Assembly (NCBI GenBank): GCA_963723515.1
Contig: CAVRQT010000003.1
Location: forward strand, 608,001-672,000
Source: Vulcanimicrobiota bacterium
GTDB taxonomy: Bacteria > Vulcanimicrobiota > Vulcanimicrobiia > Vulcanimicrobiales > Vulcanimicrobiaceae
DNA length: 64,000 bases
Reading direction: 5' to 3'
How positions within the stretch are numbered: the stretch's first letter is position 1; each line of letters starts with the position of its first letter. This document shows positions 10,533 to 24,643 of this stretch, in pieces. Under the pieces are notes generated by a model, which was not told where the DNA came from, ran no database searches, and saw only the letters and a list, made by a program, of their open reading frames with translations. The position numbers were made by a program, and so were the translations under genes.

Positions 10533-12397
10533 GTGCGAGCAAAGCTTCCGCCGCTTGCCTTAGCAGCGCTTGGCGTCGTCTTTGGAGATATCGGCACGAG
10601 CCCGCTCTACGCCTTTGGGCTGTGCTTCAAGGGAGACTACCCCGCCCCGGTAGCGCGCGATAACATCATCGGCATCCTCTCGCTGATTTTTTGGGCGCTC
10701 ATCATTGTGGTCTGCGTGAAATACGTTACGTTCATGCTGCGCGCCGACAACAATGGACAAGGCGGTACGATCGCGTTGCTTGCGTTAATCAATCCGAAAA
10801 CACGCGCGGGATTGCCGAGCGCGCTGACCGCGATCGCATTGCTGGTGCTCTTCGGTGAGGCGACGCTCTATGGAGATGGCGCCATCACGCCCGCGATTTC
10901 CGTGATCTCGGCCATCGAAGGCTTGGATGTTTGGACGCAAGCGGCTCATCGTTTGATCGTGCCGCTCTCGGTCGTTATCTTGATCGGCCTGTTTGTTTGG
11001 CAACGCCGCGGGACGGGAGAGATCGGCAAGCTCTTCGGGCCCGTCATGCTGATATGGTTCCTCGCAATTGGGATCGCCGGAGCGATTGGGATCGTGGCCC
11101 ATCCGAACATTCTCATCGCGCTCAATCCGGTCTATTCGTGGGCGTTCTTTCTGCACCACGGCTTGCTGAGTGTGCTGATCATGGGGGCGGTCGTGTTGTG
11201 TGTGACCGGAGTGGAAGCGCTCTATGCCGACCTGGCGCACTTTGGCCGGCGCCCGATCACGATGGCATGGTACATCGGTGGTGCTACCGGCACTGGTGCT
11301 GAACTACTTTGGACAAGGCGCGAATACGCTCGCTCACCCAACAGCGATCGCAAATCCCTTTTACGCTCTCTATCCGCGCTGGGCAATCATTCCGATGGTG
11401 CTGTTGGCAACCGTGGCCACGGTCATTGCATCGCAGGCGCTGATCAGCGGCGTCTTTTCGCTCACGCAACAAGTGATGCAACTGGGCTACTCGCCGCGGT
11501 TTCGTATCGTTCACACCTCGCGGGAACACGTCGGCCAAATCTATCTTCCGGCCGTCAATGCCATGCTCGCCATCGCTTGCATCTTGCTCGTCATTTCGTT
11601 CCGTTCGTCTGCGGCGCTCGGGGGCGCATACGGTCTAGCGGTCACAATCACGATGATCATCAGCTCGATTACCTATTTCACGCTCGTTACGAAACGCTGG
11701 CGGTGGACGCTGTGGATCGCGGTGCCGCTTCTGGCGCTCTTTCTTGTCGTGGGACTTGCCGTTCTTATTTGGAAATCTTCCGAAGATCGTATCCGGCGGT
11801 TGGGTGCCTCTGGTTATCGCGAGCGTGATCTTTATATTCTTCACGACTTGGAATCGCGGCCGGCGGCGGTTGATGCAGGCGCTTGCCGCCCATACATTAC
11901 CGGTGAGCTCATTCTTGAAGGAAATCAAGGAAACGTCAACGGTCAGCGGGACCGCGTTCTTCCTCGCGCCGGATCCGCAAGGCATCCCGTTCGTGCTGCA
12001 GCATCAATGGCTGCGAACGCATATCATCTACGATACGATCGTCTTGTTGACGATCTTGACGGAGGCGCGCCCAATTGTTCGACCGGAGGAACGCGTCAAG
12101 GTCGAGCAGATCAGCTCGCGTCTGTTCCGGATAAAGGCGCACTACGGTTTCATGGAACAGCCGAAGATCGAAGATATTCTCGAGCACTGCCGCAAGCAGC
12201 GTCCCGACCTCGATCTGTCAAAGCCGACCTACTATCTTGCGAGCCCAAAGATAAGCCGCGACCATTCGAAGGCCGGCTTACCATCTTGGCAGTGGAGTCT
12301 TTATCGCTGGATGATCCGCAATGCGCGACCGCTCACCGATTCGCTCGGCCTTCCGGCGAATCGAACGGTGGAGTTCGGCGTCGAGGTGCCGCTTTAG
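10533..12397 (+). CDS. kup: KUP/HAK/KT potassium transporter; frameshifts near 11280 and 11745
   Basis: LGVVFGDIGTSPLY, ITPAISVISAIEG, EALYADLAHFG, ASQALISG, GGWVPL, YGFMEQP. Confidence 0.93.
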
Positions 12398-12398
12398 G

Positions 12399-12566
12399 TA
12401 AGGAACCTCTGATCAAGTCTCACGCGGCTCATCCTCGGCCGCTTTTTGCCGATTTCGTCGTTGCTGCGGCGGCCACAATGCGCTGCATTGCGTCCGTCCT
12501 CGCGCCTCGAAAGCGACAAAAATCGCCACGAGGCTGAACCGCGGAGACTTGATCAGAGGTTCCTTA
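12399..12566. mobile_element. MITE-like long palindromic element
   Basis: Perfect 23-bp terminal inverted repeat TAAGGAACCTCTGATCAAGTCTC / GAGACTTGATCAGAGGTTCCTTA; imperfect pairing continues inward; TA at both ends; no transposase. Confidence 0.8.
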
Positions 12567-14185
12567 GATCGACCACCGATACGCGTTCCAGGTTTCCGTG
12601 ATTCCGTTGGGCGTGTATCCTCGCAGATCGGGATTTACCGCGGTGAGCTCTTTGCGGTAGAAGAGGAAGACGCCGGGAATCTGCTCCGCCATGATCTGCT
12701 GGGTCCGGTCATACGCCCGCTTGCGCGTCGGTCGATCGAAATGCGTGAGCGCGGTTGCTTCTTGGGCGTCGAACTCGTGATTGCAGAAGCGGTACGCGTT
12801 GTTGCCGGCCGGTGGAATCATCGCGCACGTGAATTGTGACGAGTCGTCAGGGTCGGCGCCGGAAACCCACGGGTAGATGTTGATGTCGTACTTGCCGCCG
12901 AGATAAATTCCGCCTTGCTGCATCGGGGCGTAGAGCATCGTGTAAGTGTAGCTTTTGATCGATGTTTCCACTCCCACCGCTTTGAGCTGCGACTGCGTCA
13001 GCGTCGAAATCGCTTGCCCTGCGCTGCTCCCCTGCGCAATCGTGAAGAGAAGTGAGAGCCGCTGCCCGTTCTTGACCCGCACGCCGTCCGGTCCGACTTT
13101 CCATCCATCGGCGTCAAGGATCTGCGCCGCCTTCGTTGGGTTGTAATCGTAGCGCGTCACGCTGGGATTGTACGCCCATGAGAAGTTTGAGATGTCCTCC
13201 GTTGCGGGGCTCCCCGCTCCGTATTGCGTCGCGTTCATAATTTTGGCTTTATCGATTGCATACGAGAGCGCCTGACGAACTTTGAGGTCGGTCAGCGGCG
13301 GGTGCGACATGTTGAAGCCGATCGCTTCGTATTGAGGCGAGTTTGTCATCACGATCCCGATCTCGGGATTGCCGCGCAGATCGCGATATTGCGGACCGCC
13401 CAACTCCGGCACAAAATCGATCTCATGATCCCGCATCTGCGTTGATTGCGTATTCGTATCGGTGATGATCTTCCAGATCATCTGCTTGATCTTTGGCGCG
13501 CCGAGGAAGTAGTTAGGATTCGCAATGAGCTCAATACGATCGCCGCGGGCCCAGCGCAAGAACTTGAACGGTCCCGTGCCAATCGGATTTGAATTGAACG
13601 GCACGTGGTTCAAGTTCGGATAACTCTCGAGCAGGTGTTTCGGGAGCACGCTGTACGGCGTGTCGCTTTGGCTGAACAGCGTTTCGATCGCCGGCGCAAA
13701 GCGCGAGCGCATGTGAAAGACGACTGTGTACGAATCCGGCGTGTCGACCGATCGAACGAGATCGTAGCCGCGGCGGGCCGGCACGTTGTTCGCGGGATTC
13801 ATGATCGCTTGCCACGTGAACTTGACATCTGCCGAAGTGAACGGTGCACCGTCATGCCATTTGACGTTATGGCGCAGCTTGTAGGTAAGCGTTAGGCCGT
13901 CTTTGCTGATGCCGCCATTCTCAAGTGTCGGCACTTGTGCAGCCAGGACCGGCTGCGGGTTTCCATTGTCATCGACGGTCACGAGTGGATCGAATATCAG
14001 GGTGTCGACCATCACTTCGCCCGTGCTGGTGCTGAAGATTGGATTGAGCGTATTGGGACTGATGAAGAGTGCCGCCCGCAAGACTTCCGGCTGAGTCCAT
14101 GCGTGCCGGCCGCCGGCGCTGCCGGACGTGCCGACTTTAGTGCAGCCTGCCGCGAACATCACCGCGACAAGTCCGCATGCGAGCT

Positions 14186-14201
<16 letters not shown>
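12564..14201 (-). CDS. Peptide/oligopeptide ABC transporter substrate-binding lipoprotein (OppA/DppA family)
   Basis: Lipobox FAAGC; family-5 motifs WHDGAPFTSADV, PIGTGPF, VRQALSYAID. Confidence 0.92.
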
Positions 14202-16553
<2,352 letters not shown>

Positions 16554-16631
16554 CCACGGCACTTGGCGGATGGTCGTGCCGCGTCCTCGGGCGCTGGATT
16601 TGTCGCCTGCTCTCCCGAACCAAGCGCGGTC

Positions 16632-17575
16632 ATGAGCGTCCGACGCACACTCTTGCAGCAATTGATCGACTACGCCGGCCTCTTTCCCCCGGCGCAACTC
16701 TCGATGCCACAAGCGGTCGAAGAATACAATGCGATACGCAGTGGGTCTCATGCCTGGATCGCGGGACGCTTCATCGTTCCGGTTTCCCGGATCAGCGAGC
16801 TCATGAACTGCTCTTGGCGGCAAGGTGCGCTTTCCAATATCGGCGATTGTTGACGCCGGCAGCCATCAGCGCGATTGGCTCGGCAACGTGCAACAAAGAA
16901 TCGGCGTCCTCTCCACCGTCCGCAATCCATCCTCGTTCGTGGATGTCGAGGCTATTGAGGCGGCGCTGCCGGCTCCGATTGCGGCCCGCGACACGTTTGA
17001 TCCGGTAATCGGGCAGTTTGCGATGGTTTGCTACAACGCCGGCTTGCATGAATTGCCGACCTACGTTGAACTGCCTCGCACAAGCCGGTTCGAAGAACTG
17101 CTGCCGTCCGCGATGTTCGCCTTAGCCCGGAGCAAGCTCGGCGCAAAGCTGCGATGCGGCGGCGTGGAGCAAGCTGCCTTTCCCTCAGTCGGTGAAATAG
17201 CGGCGTTTCTCTTGCGAGCAAAAGAATACGGCGTTCCGTTTAAAGCGACCGCCGGCTTGCATCATCCGATCCGTGGCGTGGACCGCTCGAGTGGGCTCAT
17301 GATGCACGGCTTCTTGAATTTACTCACGGCTTCAATTGCGGCGCAGCAGGGTGCGGATTGCACCGCAACTGGAGGCCATCCTCGAAGAACGCGACGCGCA
17401 TGCGTTTCAGGTGAGCGAAGAAGAAATGTCCTGGTCGACCGGGCGTGCGGCCGCAACCGAAGTTTCGGCAATGCGCGCTCAAGGCTTTCGTTCTTATGGA
17501 AGCTGCAGCTTCAGCGAACCGATCGAGGATTTGATCGAGCTGGGTATTCTTTCGGGATCAGCGGCAGCGGTTTGA
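16632..17575 (+). CDS. Conserved hypothetical protein coupled to fahA; two frameshifts
   Basis: LIDYAGLFPPA, KLRCGG, PFKATAGLHHP, MHGFLN, SYGSCSFSEP; its TGA overlaps the fahA TTG. Confidence 0.75.
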
Positions 17576-18851
17576 ACAGCCGCTTGCAATCCTGGGTGTC
17601 GGTCCCCGCCGATTCTGATTTTCCGCTTGAAAATCTCCCCTACGGCGTTTTCGAATCGCAAAATCAAGAACTCCATATCGGCGTTGCCATCGGAAACTCG
17701 ATTTTTGATCTACACGTCGCGGCGAACGCGGGCCTATTCGATCGGAGCTTCCATCGACCGCTCGATGCTGACCGCGCCAACGCTAAACTCACTATTAGCG
17801 TTGAGCGGACAGCAATGGAGTGCTGTACGTAAACGCACGACGGAATTGCTCTCCGCAGATAATAACGAGGTGCGTAGTTTGGAAAGCACCGATCGTGTTG
17901 ACCGTCAAACAGCGCGACGTCACGATGAAGCTGCCCTTTGAAGTGACCGATTACGTCGATTTCTATTCGTCGCTCGAGCATGCGACGAATATGGGCAAGA
18001 TACTCCGCCCCGGTTCTGAGCCGCTCTTACCGAATTGGCGTTACCTGCCGATCGGCTACCACGGGCGAGCGACTTCTGTGATCCTCGACGGCTCGCCGGT
18101 CGTGCGCCCAAAGGGCCAGTTCAAAGCACCCGATGACGCTGCGCCAAGCTTCGGTCCAACGCGATCGCTCGACGTCGAACTCGAGATGGGATTTGTTACC
18201 GGCAACCCGACCGAACTTGGGACAGCCGGTTTCGATCGATCATGCGCGCGAGCATATCTTCGGGCTCGTCATCGTCAACGATTGGAGCGCGCGTGATATT
18301 CAGGCCTGGGAATATCAACCGCTCGGGCCATTTCTCGGCAAATCGTTTGCGACGTCGATTTCACCGTGGGTCGTCACGCTGGATGCACTCGAACCGTATC
18401 GGTGCGCATCGCCGCACCAAGATCCGCCGCCTTTGTCGCATCTCACGCCGAGCGAAGATTTTGCTTACGATATCGCGCTCGAGATGTCGCTGCAGACCGA
18501 AGCAGATGCGCGAGCGCAACATCGCCGCAGAAATAATCGCACGCTCGAATTTTAAAACGATGTATTGGACAATGGCCCAGCAGCTTGCGCATCTCACGAG
18601 CAACGGCGCGAGAATTTCGCCCGGTGGTCTTTACGCTTCCGGGACGATCTCAGGCGATGATCCGAGCAGTTACGGCAGCTTGATGGAATTGACGTGGCGC
18701 GGCACGCGGCCTTTGAAACTCTCGTCGGGTGAGGGGCGTGGATTTTTGGAGGACGGCGACACGGTTATCATGCGCGCGTTGTGCACATCGTGATGGATTG
18801 CCGCGGATCGGCTTAGGCGAAGTCCGCGGCACCATCTTACCGACGGCCTAA
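17572..18851 (+). CDS. fahA: Fumarylacetoacetase; several frameshifts
   Basis: SDFPLENLPYG, DYVDFYSS..HATN, PIGYHGRA, LDVELE, NDWSARDIQAWEYQPLGPFLGKSF, ASGTISG, RIGLGEVRG. Confidence 0.93.
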
Positions 18852-18869
18852 TGCGAAGCCGTTAAGGCG

Positions 18870-20037
18870 TCAGGCCTTTACCGGTTCGGCGACCCAACTG
18901 CGATAATAGTTCTTGTCCTCGAGATCGAAGGCCGCGTTTGAGATCATCAGCGGCTGGAACGTATCGACCATCACCGCGATTTCATCGGTCGATTTCTTGC
19001 CGAGGCTTTCCTCAACGGCGCCGGGCTGTGGACCGTGCGGAGCGCCGGCTGCGTGCAACGTGATCGATCCTTCGCCAACACCGCGCCGGCTCATGAAATT
19101 TCCGCTGACGTAGTAGATCACTTCGTCGCAGTCGACGCTCGAATGGTTGTACGGAATCGGGATCGCCAGCGGATGGTAATCGAAAAGACGCGGCACAAAC
19201 GCGCAAAACGCGGCTCCCGGCGCTTCGAACGTTGCATGCGCCGGCGGCGGCTGATGCAGCTTGCCGGTGATCGGCGCGAACTCTTCAACGTTAAACGCAT
19301 AGGGATAGCAGTAGCCATCCCAACCCACGACATCGCACGGATGATTTTGCACGATGTAGATTGCGTCCCGGCCGCTGTTCGTGACGTGAACTTCGTATTC
19401 GCCGGTTTCATCTTTCGGCGGCCCTAGAATCGGCGCGCGAAAATCGCGCTCGTAGTATGGCGCTTGCTCGTCGAGCTGGCCAAACTCGTTGCGATACTTC
19501 TTCGGGATGGTGATCATGCCGGTGCTTTCGTGGACCAGCAAGCGCGTCGGCGAAGAAGGCTGTAGCCGGTATGTCGTGCCGCACGGGATGATCAAATAAT
19601 CGTGCGCGCGGTACGCGAGGTCTCCGAACGGCGTCTCCAGTACGCCGGCGCCGCGATGCACGAAGAGCATTTCATCGCCGCCGACATTGCGGTAGAAGTA
19701 ATCCATCGGCTTTGTCGGCATCCGCAACGCAAATCGTAATCTCGGCGTTGCCTAAGAGCGGCACGCGACCCTCGACTGCGTCGCCTTCTTCACGGCTATT
19801 CTGCGAAAGAATGTGCCGATTGCGAAGCGGCTGATTCAATTCGAAGTGCACGCGCGGACGTTTCCATTCGCGTACCTCGAGCGTCGCGGTCGGCGGCCGA
19901 ACGTGGTAGAGCAGTGAGTAAACGCTCTCGAAGCCTTTGGTGGAGAACAGCTCCTCCGCGTATAAAGCGCCGTGCGGATCGCGGAATTGGATGTGACGTT
20001 TTGGCGGAACGGATCCTTGACGTTGGTATGCCGGCAT
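18870..20037 (-). CDS. hmgA: Homogentisate 1,2-dioxygenase; frameshift near 19730
   Basis: PPKRHIQFR, YSLLYH, DVVGWDG, HQPPPAHATF, PYNHSSVDCDE, SITLH...PHGP, VMVDTF. Confidence 0.93.
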
Positions 20038-20038
20038 A

Positions 20039-20296
20039 CTACTCCGCTTTTTTCTCTTCGGAACGCAGCGGAAGCGCGCATAGCGCGCGCTCGGGAGCAT
20101 CGAAACTGTTTTGCTTGTGCGTTCCGTCACAGAACGGTTTTGTCGAGGAGCCGCCACAGCGGCAGAGCGCGGCGTTGACGCCTTCCTGAAGGTAGTATTG
20201 ACCGCCATCGGCGTCGATCAGCGTAACGGGACCCGTAATCAAGTACGGCCCATTGTGGCGCGCCTTTATTGTGACTTCATTTGGCGAAGGATTCAT
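20039..20296 (-). CDS. CDGSH iron-sulfur domain protein
   Basis: NGPY; ALCRCGGSSTKPFCDGTH. Confidence 0.92.
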   Translation of the reverse strand: MNPSPNEVTIKARHNGPYLITGPVTLIDADGGQYYLQEGVNAALCRCGGSSTKPFCDGTHKQNSFDAPERALCALPLRSEEKKAE

Positions 20297-20302
20297 AGCT
20301 TC

Positions 20303-20842
20303 TTAGCGTTTGTACAGGCCGACGATCGCGCCCTCGGCGAGCAGGTGCGGTTTCATCATCGCCAGCAGTTCGGGCCCCTTCGTCTGCGCGTTTGCACCGA
20401 TGTGAAAAACGTTCAGCGCGTACACCGTAAAGCGATAGTGGTGCGCGCGGCCTGGCGGAGGACAGGGACCGCCGTATCCTGGCGCACCAAAAGACGTCAT
20501 TGCGGAGACCCCTGCAGTTCGTCCCTCCGCGATGCGATGCGTTTGCGACGGAATATCAAAGAGCGCCCAATGCCACCATCCGCCGGGAGCTGAGGCGTCC
20601 GGATCCCAAGCGGTTACCGCATAGCTTTTCGTGCCTCTCGGTCCGGCGTTCCAGTGCAATTCCGGCGAGATGTTTTGGCCCTGACAACTCATGGCGTTGT
20701 TCACCATGCGATTGGGAACCGTCGCGTTCGCGTGAAAGGTGCTTGAACCGACAGACAACGTTGCCGGCATCGCCTGCGCGCTCTGGACGAAACCACTACC
20801 GGCCAGAAACGCCGCGATCGTGAGCGCAATCCAAAGACGCAT
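20303..20842 (-). CDS. YbhB/YbcL (PEBP-like) secreted protein
   Basis: Signal peptide; NISPEL.W, DPDA, WWHW, YGGPCPP, HHYRFTVYAL. Confidence 0.92.
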   Translation of the reverse strand: MRLWIALTIAAFLAGSGFVQSAQAMPATLSVGSSTFHANATVPNRMVNNAMSCQGQNISPELHWNAGPRGTKSYAVTAWDPDASAPGGWWHWALFDIPSQTHRIAEGRTAGVSAMTSFGAPGYGGPCPPPGRAHHYRFTVYALNVFHIGANAQTKGPELLAMMKPHLLAEGAIVGLYKR

Positions 20843-20845
20843 TGT

Positions 20846-22954
20846 CTACCTGATTCCGCTGCCGACCGCGTTCACCGTGACACCGAACTCCCGATAAAAC
20901 GCGGTGGGGCTCATCGGCCTTCCGAGAAACGCAGCGACTTCCGCGTCCGGCTCTCTGGTACGCGCCGGCGCGAGAATGTCGTTGCGATAGCGCATGCCCA
21001 CCACCGGATTCTCCAAACCGCCCTTTTGGAAAGCCGTGAAGAGGTCTTGCGCGTAGACCTTGGACCAGAGATAGCCGTAATAGCCGGCATCATACCCGCC
21101 CATCAAGTGGCCGAACGAAGCTTGAGGATGCGTTCCAGGGGACATCGGTAAAGGCGTGTCTTCACGCGCGACTTTGGCCCAGATCGCCGTCGTGTCGACG
21201 TTGGGTCCCATCGTGTGGTAATCCATGTCCACTTTTGCGAGCAGAATCTGTCGCGTCGTAAAGTATGCGTAATCAACATACTTTGCCGCGGTCATTTTCG
21301 AGATCAGATCGTCGGGTAATGGCGCCCCGGTCGTCACGTTTGAACTGATCTCTTTGAGAATCGATGGTTGCCAGACGAAATTTTCGAGCATCTGCGACGG
21401 CGCCTCGATGAAATCTTGGCGGAAGCCCGCGCTGAGCGTTTCGTACGGCGCAGTCGTCAAGAGCGCGGCCATGTCGTGGCCGAACTCATGAAAGAACGTC
21501 ACAACGTCGGAGTGGCTCAGAACCGCTGGATGTCCCGGCGCCGGTTTGGGCCAGTTGCCGACTATTGCTGCGAGCGGAGCGCGAAACGTGCCGTTGATTT
21601 TGCGCACCGGCAATAGCGGGAAGTTTGCGAAGTGGTCGTACTTGCCGGGGCGCGGATAGAGATCGAAATAGGTGCTGCCGATGAAGCGTCCGCTTCGCGT
21701 ATCGTACACCTCGTAACCGAGCACGTCGGGATACCACACGCCGGGATTCGCAATCTTCACGAACGTGACGCCGAGCAGTTTATGGTAAATGTTCAATACG
21801 GCGTCGATCGTGTGATTGACAGGGAAATATTGCCGGATTGCGTCGTTGTCGACAGCGTATTTCGTCTTGTTCAGAAGATTGTCGTAGTAGACAACATCCC
21901 AGGGATCGATCGTCGCGTTCGGCGTTCCCATATCTTGCGCTTTGAGCTGGGCGAGCGTGGCGAGCTCTTCACGTGCCTTCGGTAGAATCTTCGCGTCGAG
22001 ATCGTCGAGGAAATGAAAAACGCGCTGCGGCGATTGTGCCATCTTGTCGTCCAGTTGGTATGCGGCCCAATTCGGATAGCCCATCAGATGCGCGAGCCGA
22101 TCGCGCGTCGCGATTGCTTCTTGTAAGAGCGCCGTATTGGTGGCGGCGTCGCGGTTATTATACGCAAAGTAGAAAGCTTTGCGAGCGCCCGCGTCTTTCG
22201 CATTTTGCAGGAAAAGCGTTACGGTGCTCTCGTTCACAGGCACAACGAGACTCCCGTCGGCATTCTTCTTGAGGCCGGCAATAAAATCGGCGGGCAGACC
22301 CGCTGTGGCTGACTGCGCAAGGGTGAACGTTGTGGCGTCGTTGCCCAGGTTCTCCTGATACTTGTTTTGGAGATCCGTCAACTTCTTTTCGAGCTGAACG
22401 AATTCGGCGCGCTTGGCCGCGGGCAATGCGGCGCCGGATCGCGCTAGCGACGTCATCCACAGTTGAAGCAGCTTCTTGTCATACATCGTTCTTGCGGTTC
22501 CGCTGGAACGAACGGCCGCGAGTGCGGCGTAGAGGTCCGGCCGAGCGCTGAGATCCGTCACATAGTTGCTCTGGTCGGTGCCGCATTGCAGCGATGCGCC
22601 GCGCACGCCTTTGTCCGGTGAAACTTCAAAGAGAAACGTTTCGGCGACGAGCCGATCGTTGAGATCCGCGGCTGCATCCTCCAAGGGCAAGAGCGTATTG
22701 CCAAATGTGCGCTTTGCGCGCCGAGCCAAAATACGCTTGACGGCGGTATCGACGTTGCCGATAACCGTTTTGCAATTCGCTTTAATCTGCGCTGCCGAGA
22801 GATTCCAGTTGACGATCGTCGGATGCGCCGGACCTAATACCGCGGCCGCTGCCGCCGGCCGGCTGATCGCAGGCGAAATGAAGGTGAAGAACAGGACGAA
22901 CGCTGTCAGCGCTCGCGTAAAGGATGAAATCACGCTACCTCCTGGGGACCGCAA
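20846..22954 (-). CDS. M3 family (thimet oligopeptidase-like) zinc metallopeptidase, secreted
   Basis: DLYPRPGK, FHEFGH, DFIEAPSQMLE, FGHLMGGYDAGYYGYLWS; N-terminal signal-like segment. Confidence 0.93.
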   Translation of the reverse strand: MRSPGGSVISSFTRALTAFVLFFTFISPAISRPAAAAAVLGPAHPTIVNWNLSAAQIKANCKTVIGNVDTAVKRILARRAKRTFGNTLLPLEDAAADLNDRLVAETFLFEVSPDKGVRGASLQCGTDQSNYVTDLSARPDLYAALAAVRSSGTARTMYDKKLLQLWMTSLARSGAALPAAKRAEFVQLEKKLTDLQNKYQENLGNDATTFTLAQSATAGLPADFIAGLKKNADGSLVVPVNESTVTLFLQNAKDAGARKAFYFAYNNRDAATNTALLQEAIATRDRLAHLMGYPNWAAYQLDDKMAQSPQRVFHFLDDLDAKILPKAREELATLAQLKAQDMGTPNATIDPWDVVYYDNLLNKTKYAVDNDAIRQYFPVNHTIDAVLNIYHKLLGVTFVKIANPGVWYPDVLGYEVYDTRSGRFIGSTYFDLYPRPGKYDHFANFPLLPVRKINGTFRAPLAAIVGNWPKPAPGHPAVLSHSDVVTFFHEFGHDMAALLTTAPYETLSAGFRQDFIEAPSQMLENFVWQPSILKEISSNVTTGAPLPDDLISKMTAAKYVDYAYFTTRQILLAKVDMDYHTMGPNVDTTAIWAKVAREDTPLPMSPGTHPQASFGHLMGGYDAGYYGYLWSKVYAQDLFTAFQKGGLENPVVGMRYRNDILAPARTREPDAEVAAFLGRPMSPTAFYREFGVTVNAVGSGIR

Positions 22955-23052
22955 GGACTCGACCCTTTTAACGTCGTGGAGGTCCGTCCTGTGCCCCCAG
23001 GCGCATCTTTGGGACTGCGACTTTTGCCGGTTGCTTTGCGTCCGCGCGCCTG

Positions 23053-23061
23053 TGCTATCAT
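23053..23061 (+). promoter_or_regulatory. Putative extended -10 promoter element for SRP RNA
   Basis: TG-C-TATCAT about 10-15 nt upstream of the SRP hairpin. Confidence 0.45.
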
Positions 23062-23074
23062 TGTGCGAGCCATG

Positions 23075-23180
<106 letters not shown>

Positions 23181-23194
23181 TATGGTCCGCACTT

Positions 23195-23695
23195 ATGCAA
23201 ACCAGCACGATCGCGGCGATAGCCGCTTTGGGCGGGGCGCTCCTTGCGCTCGCCGTCTACCATTTCGTTGCCGTCGCCCCGCACATCCGCCGGCTGCATG
23301 CGCTTATCTCGTCCTACGATAGCCTATTGAATACAGGCGCTGCGCAGACGGCTCGCAATCGGCTTTCTTCATTAGAAGAAGCCGCCGCCGAGCGCAAGGC
23401 TCAGGCCGAGCAAACCGAGATGCGTCTAGCGCATCTCGAGAAGGCCGCGCACGACGACCTCTCGCGTGTCGGCTTCTTTCGCTTCAACGCCTTCCCAGAC
23501 GCCGGCGCGCAGTTGTCCTATGCGCTGGCGTTATTGAATCGCACCGGTGACGGCGTCGTTATTAGCAGCATTTTCTCGCGCGAAGACACGCGAACGTTTG
23601 GCAAAGCGGTGACCGCGTTTCGCCCGCTGCAAGAAGCCTCTAAGGAAGAACTCAGCGCAATCGCGCTCGCTCGCGACGGCTCCGCATCCGCATGA
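23195..23695 (+). CDS. DUF4446 family membrane-anchored protein
   Basis: N-terminal TM, coiled coil, then VGFFRFNAF..G..LSYALALLN..GDGVVISSIFSRE..RTFGK and SKEE; ATG 23195 avoids overlap with SRP RNA. Confidence 0.8.
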   Translation: MQTSTIAAIAALGGALLALAVYHFVAVAPHIRRLHALISSYDSLLNTGAAQTARNRLSSLEEAAAERKAQAEQTEMRLAHLEKAAHDDLSRVGFFRFNAFPDAGAQLSYALALLNRTGDGVVISSIFSREDTRTFGKAVTAFRPLQEASKEELSAIALARDGSASA

Positions 23696-24634
23696 GAGAA
23701 CGGTACTTCGTCAAGATCGTTCCCGCACGCGGCGACCGGATCCACCGGTTGGAGGTGACGCGCCGGCACATCGTCGCCGGACTCTGCTTGCTCGTTGCCG
23801 TGATCTTAGGCGCGCTGGGGTTGCATGCGTTTCAGCTTTACGATGCAAAAGTGCGTCTGAACGCTCTGCAAAACCTTGACCGCGTCGCAAAACGCGCGGC
23901 TGCAGACGATCGACCGCCAGACCAGCGATCTGCGCTCGCAACTGCAAATCGTGCAGAAGCAGAACCAGCAGATCGGGCAGTTAATGGGCATCCGGCCGCC
24001 TCGCCATGGCGCGCCTCGTCCGACGCATATAACGAAGCTCTCGCGTTTGAACGTGCATTCCCGGTTTTCGCGCGAAGCATCGCAGATCGAAGATAAGCTT
24101 CGCGATTTGGCGGCGGCTTCAGATGCGACATCCGTACAAGCGGCGTTCGTGCGCCGCATGACGCTACGGATTTTGAATCTGCGCCATATTGAAGCGCTGG
24201 AGCGCACGCGCATGCTGGCGGCGATTCCATCGATCGATCCTGTCGCCGGCGCCCCTATTGTGGGATGTTTCTGTTACCGCTCGGATCCGTCGTACGAATT
24301 TCATCCCGGGCTCGACCTCGGCGCAAGTTATGGCGACACGGTGAGAGCTGCCGCTGCCGGCACCGTTGCAAGCGCGGATTGGGACGGCGGATTCGGATTG
24401 AAGGTCGATATCGATCACGGCAACGGGTACCATTCCTGGTACGCGCATCTTTCAAAGGCACTCGTTAGCGCCGGCCAGCATGTCGTCAAAGGTGAGCCCA
24501 TCGGGCTTGTGGGCTCAACGGGTTTTTCAACGGGACCGCATTTGCATTACCAGCTGATGTTGAACGGCTCACCGATCGATCCGACCGCGTATTTGAGCGG
24601 CGTCCCGCGAAACGTTTCGGCAACACTGCCGTAA
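23692..24634 (+). CDS. M23 family metallopeptidase with TM and coiled coil; frameshift near 23875
   Basis: FHPGLDL, YAHLS, GSTGFSTGPHLHY. Confidence 0.9.
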
Positions 24635-24643
24635 GAGAGAGAT

